From the NCBI GenBank assembly GCA_937906915.1, contig CALCUU010000342.1:1-27834 (forward strand): DNA of 27,834 nucleotides, written 5' to 3'. The position numbers and the translations under genes are program-made. Under the pieces are notes generated by a model. That model saw nothing but the letters and a program-made list of their open reading frames with translations. It ran no database searches and had not been told where the DNA came from. This stretch comes from an uncultured Phascolarctobacterium sp. (GTDB lineage: Bacteria; Bacillota; Negativicutes; Acidaminococcales; Acidaminococcaceae). The stretch's first letter is position 1; each line of letters begins with the position of its first letter. Positions 1-7,649 of this stretch are shown here, in pieces.

Positions 1-1
1 C

Positions 2-175
2 TTGCTCAGTACGATATATCTGCCCATAATTACCTTTGGCGTTGGCTACAAGATAAAGCTTGCCAGTGATGAAACCTTATCCCTTAATGCAGATTACTTC
101 TGGATGAAGGATAAGGACACAGGCAAAGATTATGATGGTGCAGAATTCATGGTATTCTATAATCGCGCTATTTAG
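2..175 (+). CDS. 3' end of a truncated gene, probable outer-membrane beta-barrel protein
   Basis: Frame 2 is open from the window edge to TAG at 173-175: LLSTIYLPIITFGVGYKIKLASDETLSLNADYFWMKDKDTGKDYDGAEFMVFYNRAI. It has alternating hydrophobic strands with aromatic residues, and stops 8 nt before the next ATG. Not in the ORF track. Confidence 0.6.
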   Translation: MLSTIYLPIITFGVGYKIKLASDETLSLNADYFWMKDKDTGKDYDGAEFMVFYNRAI

Positions 176-183
176 AGGTAATT

Positions 184-1161
184 ATGAAAAATATATTTAC
201 TCTTTTAACACTGCTTGTAACGATGCTGGTTAGTTCTATATGCTGTGCACAAGAAACTAAAGAAGCAGATTACTACAAGTTAAAAATGATGGAGCTTGTC
301 CAAGAAATTAAAAGTGCTGCAGTAAGTGTTAATTCTAATTTTGGTTTGCTCCTTAACGGCGGCATTAATATTTATGTGGCAGATAATTATGTGCAAGATG
401 GAGAAGCTAAAGTAAATAACTTTCTGCAAAGTGTGGACGGTGTTTTACTGGAAGGCTTGAACTTTGGTTACGAGTTTAAGGATGACAAAAAAACTTCTGA
501 TAAAGTGCGCAAGGATATTTTTGCAAGACTTGCCCTGCCAGTTAAGGCAGGTGTGCCGATCTTTAACATTGATTACTGCGAAAACTTGCGTAACCGTAGT
601 ATGGCAACCATAATAGCACGTAAGGATAAGGTAGTTAATTTTTCTAGCGATAGAAATCTTACCAGCATTTCTATGACAGAGCTTTATCCCCATGATGTAA
701 ATAGTTTGGCTGAGGTAAACAACTTTATTGCAGTTTTTAATCCACAAAAGTATGATGTTAAGGGTATGTATCTGAGTGCCTTGCAAAGAAGCAATTACGA
801 TTTACTTATCATAGATGCTTTTTACCACGGTGAACTGCTTACTGCAGAAGATATTGCTAAGCTTAAAGTTAAACCCAATGGCAAACGTCGCTTAGTATAT
901 TCTTACCTTAGCACCGGCGAAGCGGAAGACTATCGTTACTATTGGAAGAGCGAATATAAAAAGAACCCTCCCGCTTGGCTAAAAGAAGCCAATGAAAATT
1001 GGGAAGGTAATTATAAAGTAGAATATTGGCATCCAGAATGGAAAGCTATCCTGTTCCAAGGCAAGGACAGTTATTTAAACAAACTGCTAGCTTGTGGTTA
1101 TGATGGTGCCTTCCTCGATGTAATTGACAGCTTCTATTACTTTGAAGCACTTGAAAATTAA
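184..1161 (+). CDS. Secreted endo-alpha-1,4-polygalactosaminidase-like glycoside hydrolase (GH114/TM1410/PelA-hydrolase-like)
   Basis: N-terminal signal peptide. Motifs YDLLIID, YLSTGEAEDYRYYW, NWEGNYKVEYW, GYDGAFLDVID, DGVLLE and PIFNIDY. SD GAGG at 175-178. Confidence 0.85.
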   Translation: MKNIFTLLTLLVTMLVSSICCAQETKEADYYKLKMMELVQEIKSAAVSVNSNFGLLLNGGINIYVADNYVQDGEAKVNNFLQSVDGVLLEGLNFGYEFKDDKKTSDKVRKDIFARLALPVKAGVPIFNIDYCENLRNRSMATIIARKDKVVNFSSDRNLTSISMTELYPHDVNSLAEVNNFIAVFNPQKYDVKGMYLSALQRSNYDLLIIDAFYHGELLTAEDIAKLKVKPNGKRRLVYSYLSTGEAEDYRYYWKSEYKKNPPAWLKEANENWEGNYKVEYWHPEWKAILFQGKDSYLNKLLACGYDGAFLDVIDSFYYFEALEN

Positions 1162-1167
1162 AATACT

Positions 1168-1203
1168 AAAAAATTAGAGGCAACCGTTGTGGTTGCCTCT
1201 TTC
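1168..1203. terminator. Probable bidirectional intrinsic terminator between convergent genes
   Basis: Perfect 10-bp stem AGAGGCAACC (1176-1185)/GGTTGCCTCT (1191-1200), with an A-run on the left and a short T-run on the right. Confidence 0.8.
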
Positions 1204-2874
1204 TTATGCAGGAATGATATATTTGTTTTGTAACAGCGCCAAATATTTACTAATGGATACGGGGCGGGAATATAGGAAGCCTTGGTGCATGCCTACTTTG
1301 TATTTTTCTACAAGGCTTCTGATAAATTTATTTTCTACGCCTTCCAAGCAAATATTTATTTTCAAATTGTTAGCGCATTGTACGAATGCATCGATGATGT
1401 ATTGGTCAATGGTGTTGTTGGGAAGGTTCAAAACGAAGGATTGGTCTAGTTTAAGACAGTCTACCGGAATGTCACGCAAAAGTGCGAGACAGGAGGTTCC
1501 TGTACCAAAATCGTCAACCGCAACCTTGATGCCCAAGCTTCTATAGAACATTACTTCTTCACGCAGTAAGGTAACGTCCAAATCGCGACAGCTTTCCGTT
1601 AATTCTAAGCACAGATTTTTTACAGGGAATTGGGTTTCGTCTAAAACGTCTACCAAAACGTCTCTGAATCTTGCTTGAGAGATTTGGGTATAGGAAAGGT
1701 TCACGTCAATTACAAGATTGGGATTATATTTGAGGAAGTTTTTGCCTTCGGTCAAAGCTTGTTTCAAAATCCAGGTGCCTAAGTCGAAGAAGCAAGCATC
1801 TTCTTCCAGCAAGGGAATAAATTTACCGGGAGAAACTTCGCCAAAATCTTTATCCTTGTAGCGAAGCAGTGCTTCCGCACCAATGATTTCATTATTGCTG
1901 GGATTGATAAGCGGTTGGAAGTTTAGATAGAAGCCTTCGCAATCGTTAGCAATACTTTGACGTAAAGCGGTTAAAAGGTTCAAAGCTTCTCTATAGGTAG
2001 ATTGTAGGCTAGTATCGTAGAATACCAGTTCAGAGTGATTTTTATATTTGGAGTCTGCATAGGCGTGGGAAAGACAGCCATAGATAGATTGTTCGGTAAC
2101 GTTGAAATCGTTAATTTCGATGGCACCACCAGAAATCATCAGCGGAATGTCAATGTTTTCATCTGTGGTGAAGTGCTTGGACATTTCTTGAATGTTAGCG
2201 TAAAGTTCTTCAATTGCTTCGTTACTGGAATCTTTGCAGATGATGGCAAATTTTGGACCGTCCATACGATAGAGGGTGCTGTCTTCATTCATCAAGCTTC
2301 TAATTTTATTGGAAAATTGATTAAGAATGGTATTACCGAAGAAAAAGTTATAGGTGTAATTGATGTCACCGAAGTTATTGAGACCAATCATCAAGATGTG
2401 CATGTGTTGTTTAGCACGGATTAATTCTTTCTTGGTTTGCATGAATTTGTAGTTGTTGTATAAACCGGTAACCGGGTCTACAAAATCTGCAACACCATGA
2501 TTGATGAGAGTGCCTGCAAATAAATCGCTTTCTCCGTTTTCGCCTTTGAGGATAATACCGCGACAGGTTACAAAGACATATTCACCTTCTGCATTGCGCA
2601 CGCGATATTCTGCATAATGGTTCTTCTTTTTACCTGCAAAGAATGCAGAAATATCTTTTCGATAAATTTCCACATCGTCAGGATGGATGAGAGCTTCCCA
2701 GGAGGAACCGAAGTCGTAAATGTATTCACCTTCAAAGCCAAAATAATCTACAGCATTCTTGGACCAACGAGATACATTGGTGGCAAGATTGCAGACATAG
2801 ATATAGCGACGAGCAGAAGTTTCAGAGAAAGCAGTAAATATTCTGTTGTCTAAGCCTGTAGTGTCTAAATTCAT
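1204..2874 (-). CDS. PAS - degenerate GGDEF - EAL protein, probable c-di-GMP phosphodiesterase
   Basis: PAS_3 motif (WEALIHPDD...EYRVR). The GGDEF site is replaced by RMDGPKF. EAL motifs are intact: FQP, EALLR, VNLS, ELTE, DDFGTG, KLD, EGVE, QGF. Confidence 0.92.
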   Translation of the reverse strand: MNLDTTGLDNRIFTAFSETSARRYIYVCNLATNVSRWSKNAVDYFGFEGEYIYDFGSSWEALIHPDDVEIYRKDISAFFAGKKKNHYAEYRVRNAEGEYVFVTCRGIILKGENGESDLFAGTLINHGVADFVDPVTGLYNNYKFMQTKKELIRAKQHMHILMIGLNNFGDINYTYNFFFGNTILNQFSNKIRSLMNEDSTLYRMDGPKFAIICKDSSNEAIEELYANIQEMSKHFTTDENIDIPLMISGGAIEINDFNVTEQSIYGCLSHAYADSKYKNHSELVFYDTSLQSTYREALNLLTALRQSIANDCEGFYLNFQPLINPSNNEIIGAEALLRYKDKDFGEVSPGKFIPLLEEDACFFDLGTWILKQALTEGKNFLKYNPNLVIDVNLSYTQISQARFRDVLVDVLDETQFPVKNLCLELTESCRDLDVTLLREEVMFYRSLGIKVAVDDFGTGTSCLALLRDIPVDCLKLDQSFVLNLPNNTIDQYIIDAFVQCANNLKINICLEGVENKFIRSLVEKYKVGMHQGFLYSRPVSISKYLALLQNKYIIPA

Positions 2875-2979
2875 AACTTACCTCGTTTAATATTTATAAG
2901 TAGAATATATCATAAATATGGTAGAAAGTATATTCTTTTTGATGTAGAAATGTAAGAATATATTGTTTTTGAAGAAAAT

Positions 2980-3008
2980 GTGACAATAGCCTCAGAAAGT
3001 GCTACAAT
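2980..3008 (+). promoter_or_regulatory. Putative sigma-A promoter for the cyclase-galE unit
   Basis: GTGACA (2980-2985), 17-nt spacer, TACAAT (3003-3008), with an extended -10 TG. Confidence 0.6.
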
Positions 3009-3052
3009 AAACATATGCTCTTAGTAAGCAAGTAAGCAGAAAGGGGAGGAGC

Positions 3053-3072
3053 CTTTCTTTCTTTCTTTCTTT
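3053..3072 (+). repeat. (CTTT)5 tetranucleotide simple sequence repeat abutting the SD
   Basis: CTTTCTTTCTTTCTTTCTTT is immediately followed by GGGAGG (3073-3078) and ATG at 3085. Confidence 0.9.
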
Positions 3073-3084
3073 GGGAGGTAGTAT

Positions 3085-5004
3085 ATGAATAAGATTTTAA
3101 GAAATAGATTATTTATCGTAATATTTGGCTTTGTAGTTTTCACTGTTGCCTTAAACTTCGTTTTACAAAGATTTATTGCAAGGGATAATTTTTTAGAAAG
3201 TTCCCGTGCTATCTTTAGTGAAGTTACCCATATGTTGCATACCAATGATGAGGTTATTGCAACTGTAAAACGCAATTTTAAAGAGAATTGCAGGTTGCGT
3301 GCGAGAATAGCTGCAGCTTTGATTGAAAATGATAGATCCATCATTGAATCTCAAGCTAAACTTATAGAGCTTGCTGACTTACTTAAAGTTGATGAGGTTC
3401 ATATTTTTGATGAAAGCGGAACTATTATTGGTGGTACTGTTCCCACGGCTTATGGTATGACAGTTTATGATGGGGAACAAATAGGCTTCTTCAAGGATAT
3501 GTTACACAGCAAGGATGTTGAACTGGTACAAGATTTTGCGGCTAGTACTGGTCAAGGTAGGATAATGCAGTATGCTGCAGTGTGGATGCCCTGTAAAGAA
3601 CACTTTGTGCAAATTGGCAGAAGTCCCCGTTGGGTAATGGAAGTACTTAAGGATACGGAATTGCCTAAAATCTTTGAAGACATTGTGCTTGACGTAGATG
3701 CTTATATTTTTGCTGTAGATGTTACTACTGATAAAATTGTGGCATCTACTAAAAAAGTTTTGGAAAATAAAGATGTTTCCTATTTTGGTGTGCCTTCAGA
3801 TTTGTACAAAGAAGCTTCTAAAGGGATAAAGGTTACTCATAATAATGAAGATTATTATCTTGTTATTAGTAGTGATGTTTTGCACGGTAATCTGAAATTA
3901 GGTAAGTTTATTAAAACTAGTAACCTATATAAAGATGTAAATAAAGATACCATTATTTTGATTTTCTATCTGGGTTTGGCTGCAATTGTGGTTTTTGGCG
4001 CGATTTCCCGTTATCTGAAATATTATGTTATTGATGATATTGAATCAGTAAATGGTGACTTAAAAGAAATTACCAATGGTAATTTGAATACTAAGATAAA
4101 TGCTTCGGCAACACCGGAACTTAAAAATCTTGGCGAGCATATCAATACGATGGTTGGTTATTTGAAGGAAAATACTCGTCGTACTTTTGAGATGTGCGAT
4201 AAATTACATATGCCCATTGGTTTGTACGAGTATCGTAATGGCATGAAGAAGGTTACTGTTAACGGTAACTTGGCAGAGATTTTGTGCCTTGATGGTAAGA
4301 AGGACCATGCTGTATTTGCCAATAAAGAATTATATGAAGAAAAGCTTGAGCAAATTAAGCGTAACCTAGTAGACGTAGAACATGGCATTTATAAATTGCC
4401 TTGGGCTGAACGCTACATTAGGTTTGAAGAAGCGGAATACCCTGATGCAACTATTGGCGTAGTTATGGATGTTACAGCAGGTTATGTAGAAATGAGTAAT
4501 ATTGCTCGCGAACGTGACACTGACGAACTGACTGGCTTGACTAATAGAAGAGGCTTCTTTGTGAAGATGGAAAAACTTTTCCAAGATACCAGTAATCTTG
4601 GTTGGGGCGGTATGTACTTTGTTGATGCTAATAAACTGAAGTACGTTAACGATGCTATTGGTCATAAAGCAGGGGACTTCTACTTGTGCGCTATTGCTGA
4701 TGCTCTTAGAGCGTGGGCTGGTAAAAATAAAATTTACTGCCGTCTTGGTGGCGATGAATTTGTACTCTTTGTTTATGGCGCTGCTAGCAAGGAAGAATTG
4801 CTGGAAGCTTTTGAAGACGCCATGTATAGAATGAACGAAACCTATGTAGAATATGAAGGTGAAAAGATTCGTTTGAGCTACACTGTTGGCGCTGCCTTCT
4901 ATCCGGAACACGGTGAAGACTTCCGTGCACTGATGCGAATGGCTGACAAGAATATGCTTGAAAATAAAGGCAAGGGTACTACTACCCGTCATATGCTGAA
5001 TTAA
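3085..5004 (+). CDS. Membrane sensor diguanylate cyclase (2 TM, extracytoplasmic sensor, HAMP, GGDEF)
   Basis: Two hydrophobic segments and a HAMP-like region (GNLNTKI...ELKNLGEHINTM). Motifs DELTGLTNRR, DANKLKYVNDAIGHKAGD and RLGGDEF. Confidence 0.92.
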   Translation: MNKILRNRLFIVIFGFVVFTVALNFVLQRFIARDNFLESSRAIFSEVTHMLHTNDEVIATVKRNFKENCRLRARIAAALIENDRSIIESQAKLIELADLLKVDEVHIFDESGTIIGGTVPTAYGMTVYDGEQIGFFKDMLHSKDVELVQDFAASTGQGRIMQYAAVWMPCKEHFVQIGRSPRWVMEVLKDTELPKIFEDIVLDVDAYIFAVDVTTDKIVASTKKVLENKDVSYFGVPSDLYKEASKGIKVTHNNEDYYLVISSDVLHGNLKLGKFIKTSNLYKDVNKDTIILIFYLGLAAIVVFGAISRYLKYYVIDDIESVNGDLKEITNGNLNTKINASATPELKNLGEHINTMVGYLKENTRRTFEMCDKLHMPIGLYEYRNGMKKVTVNGNLAEILCLDGKKDHAVFANKELYEEKLEQIKRNLVDVEHGIYKLPWAERYIRFEEAEYPDATIGVVMDVTAGYVEMSNIARERDTDELTGLTNRRGFFVKMEKLFQDTSNLGWGGMYFVDANKLKYVNDAIGHKAGDFYLCAIADALRAWAGKNKIYCRLGGDEFVLFVYGAASKEELLEAFEDAMYRMNETYVEYEGEKIRLSYTVGAAFYPEHGEDFRALMRMADKNMLENKGKGTTTRHMLN

Positions 5005-5016
5005 AAGGTGATTATT

Positions 5017-6036
5017 ATGGAACAAAATGCTAAAAAAATTCTCGTAACCGGTGCTACCGGATTTATCGCTTCCCATACTTGCGTAGAACTTATCGAAGCT
5101 GGCTATAAAGTAGTTGGTATTGATAACTTCGCTAATTCTAAACCGGAAGTGCTTAACAAAATTAAAGCCATCACCGGTGTGGAAATTGATTTTTACGAAG
5201 GCGACGTTAATGATGCTATTATATTGAAGAAAATTTTTTCTGAGCATGAGATTAGCGCAGCAATTCACTTTGCTGGCTTGAAGGCTGTAGGGGAATCTGT
5301 AGCGAAGCCTTTGGAATACTACCATAATAATTTAGGCAGCACCATTACCCTGTGCGAAGTGATGCGCGAGTTTGGTTGCAAGAACATTATCTTCAGTTCT
5401 TCCGCTACTGTGTATGGCAATCCTCAAAGCTTGCCCATTACTGAAAACTTCCCCGTTGGTGGTACTACTAATCCCTATGGCACTACCAAGCTGATGTGCG
5501 AGCGTATTTTGCAGGATTTACACGTTTCTGATAACCAGTGGGGCGTGTGCTTGCTCCGCTACTTTAATCCTATCGGTGGTCATGCCAGCGGTCTTTTGGG
5601 TGAAGAGCCTAACGGTATCCCCAATAACTTGATGCCTTATATTGTGAAGGTTGCAGTAGGCGAGCTGCCCAAGCTGAATGTTTTTGGTGACGATTATCCC
5701 ACTAAGGACGGTACTGGCGTGCGCGATTACATTCACGTAGTAGATTTGGCAAAAGGTCACGTTTGCGCGTTGAAGAAGCTGCTCAAAGAAAACGGCGTGC
5801 ACATTTATAATCTTGGTACCGGCAATGGCTTTAGCGTTTTGGAACTGGTTAAGACTTTTATTGAAGTAAATGGTGTTGACGTTCCTTATGTTATCAGTCC
5901 GCGTAGAGATGGTGACATCGCAGCCTGCTATGCTGATGCCAGCAAGGCTAAAGAAGAACTTGGCTGGAGCGCAGAAAAAACTGTTGTCGATATGTGCAGA
6001 GACAGCTGGAATTTTGTAAAAGCAAATAAAAAATAG
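5017..6036 (+). CDS. galE: UDP-glucose/UDP-GlcNAc 4-epimerase
   Basis: Motifs GATGFIAS, HFAGLKAVGES, SSSATVYG, YGTTK, LRYFNPIG, RDYIHVVDLA. ATG 5017 fits SD AAGGTG better than GTG 5008. Confidence 0.96.
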   Translation: MEQNAKKILVTGATGFIASHTCVELIEAGYKVVGIDNFANSKPEVLNKIKAITGVEIDFYEGDVNDAIILKKIFSEHEISAAIHFAGLKAVGESVAKPLEYYHNNLGSTITLCEVMREFGCKNIIFSSSATVYGNPQSLPITENFPVGGTTNPYGTTKLMCERILQDLHVSDNQWGVCLLRYFNPIGGHASGLLGEEPNGIPNNLMPYIVKVAVGELPKLNVFGDDYPTKDGTGVRDYIHVVDLAKGHVCALKKLLKENGVHIYNLGTGNGFSVLELVKTFIEVNGVDVPYVISPRRDGDIAACYADASKAKEELGWSAEKTVVDMCRDSWNFVKANKK

Positions 6037-6051
6037 AATAAAGAATTATTT

Positions 6052-6088
6052 AAAGCTTCCTTTCTTTACGAAGGAAGCTTTTATTTTT
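6052..6088 (+). terminator. Intrinsic terminator after galE
   Basis: Stem AAAGCTTCCTT/AAGGAAGCTTT followed by a T-rich tail. Confidence 0.85.
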
Positions 6089-6280
6089 AATCGGGCAATT
6101 AAAATAACTTTGAAATATTTTGTAGAAAAACCCGTATTTTTTAGGTTTTTGGCACAAAATAACGTGTCCACCAGCTTCAAAGAGTGTCCACGTAGCATAA
6201 ATCTTTCTTAGAAAATACGCCAATGAAACACACGGGTTGGTGGAAAGAAAGACGCACGTAAATACGTTGTTTAAGAGCTC

Positions 6281-6329
6281 AAAAAAATTGTAAAAAATTG
6301 TTGACAGGGTTTGTTAGAGATGTTACAAT
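6281..6329 (+). promoter_or_regulatory. Strong sigma-A promoter of the ribosomal superoperon with an A-tract UP element
   Basis: TTGACA (6301-6306), 17 nt, TACAAT (6324-6329) with TGn extension. Two phased AAAAAATTG tracts lie upstream. Confidence 0.85.
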
Positions 6330-6376
6330 ATGAAAGCGTTGTGGGCTAACTATGCTCTCGTGAAGGAGGTAACTTG

Positions 6377-6628
6377 ATGACGCTTGATGATTTAATGCAA
6401 GCTGAGAAACGTACCGTTGGCGTTAAACAGACCGAAAAAGCCGTGAATAAAGGCGTTGCTTTGAAGGTTTTTGTTGCGAAAGATGCTGATGAACGTGTTA
6501 CCGAAAAACTTGTGGAGCTTTGCGAAGAAAAAGCTGTAAGCGTGGTTATGGTTGAAACCATGCACGAGCTTGGCAAGGCTTGCGGAATTCACGTTAAGGC
6601 TGCGGCAGCCGCAATACTCAATCCTTGA
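6377..6628 (+). CDS. ybxF: L7Ae/L30e family RNA-binding protein (YbxF-like)
   Basis: Motifs VGVKQTEKA, VFVAKDAD, ELGKACGI. Canonical position before rpsL. SD AGGAGG. Confidence 0.93.
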   Translation: MTLDDLMQAEKRTVGVKQTEKAVNKGVALKVFVAKDADERVTEKLVELCEEKAVSVVMVETMHELGKACGIHVKAAAAAILNP

Positions 6629-6696
6629 TAAGGGCTTGGCGAAAGCTGAGTTTTTATAATCATTAAAATCTAATTGTTTGGAAAGGAGGTGCCGAT

Positions 6697-7077
6697 ATGC
6701 CTACTATTAACCAATTGGTACGTAAAGGCAGAGAGGTTTTGAAAGCTAAATCTACTGCTCCGGCATTGAAAGAATGCCCGCAAAAACGTGGCGTGTGCAC
6801 CCGTGTTTACACCACCACCCCGAAAAAACCGAACTCTGCACTTCGTAAAGTAGCTCGTGTACGTTTGACTAACGGCATCGAAGTTACTGCTTATATCCCG
6901 GGTATCGGTCACAATCTTCAAGAACACAGTGTTGTTCTTATCAGAGGCGGAAGGGTAAAAGACCTTCCGGGCGTGCGTTACCACATCATTCGCGGTGCTC
7001 TTGATACTGCAGGCGTTGCAAACCGCAACCAATCTCGCTCCAAATACGGCGCTAAAAAAGCAAAAGCTAAAAAATAA
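6697..7077 (+). CDS. rpsL: 30S ribosomal protein S12
   Basis: [27 protein letters not shown]. Confidence 0.99.
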   Translation: MPTINQLVRKGREVLKAKSTAPALKECPQKRGVCTRVYTTTPKKPNSALRKVARVRLTNGIEVTAYIPGIGHNLQEHSVVLIRGGRVKDLPGVRYHIIRGALDTAGVANRNQSRSKYGAKKAKAKK

Positions 7078-7122
7078 TAGCAACGTAGCGAGAACAAAAC
7101 ATTAAGAAACTAAGAATGATAA

Positions 7123-7614
<492 letters not shown>

Positions 7615-7649
7615 TGGCCTGACTCAGTTTGTTTGAGGAGGATTAAGAA

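Noticed and set aside
2875..3084. Possible c-di-GMP riboswitch near the GGDEF/EAL genes
   Set aside because: No class I or II consensus or GC-rich two-stem structure was visible by eye. An Infernal search would be decisive.
4366..5325. 319-aa antisense ORF spanning the cyclase-galE junction
   Set aside because: It is a shadow of two same-frame sense genes, with no recognisable domain.
6160..6195. GTGTCCAC repeat considered as a CRISPR array or replication origin
   Set aside because: There are only two 8-nt copies, no cas or dnaA genes, and no perfect DnaA boxes.
6810..6970. Streptomycin-resistance substitutions in S12
   Set aside because: TPKKPNSA and RVKDLPG are both wild type.
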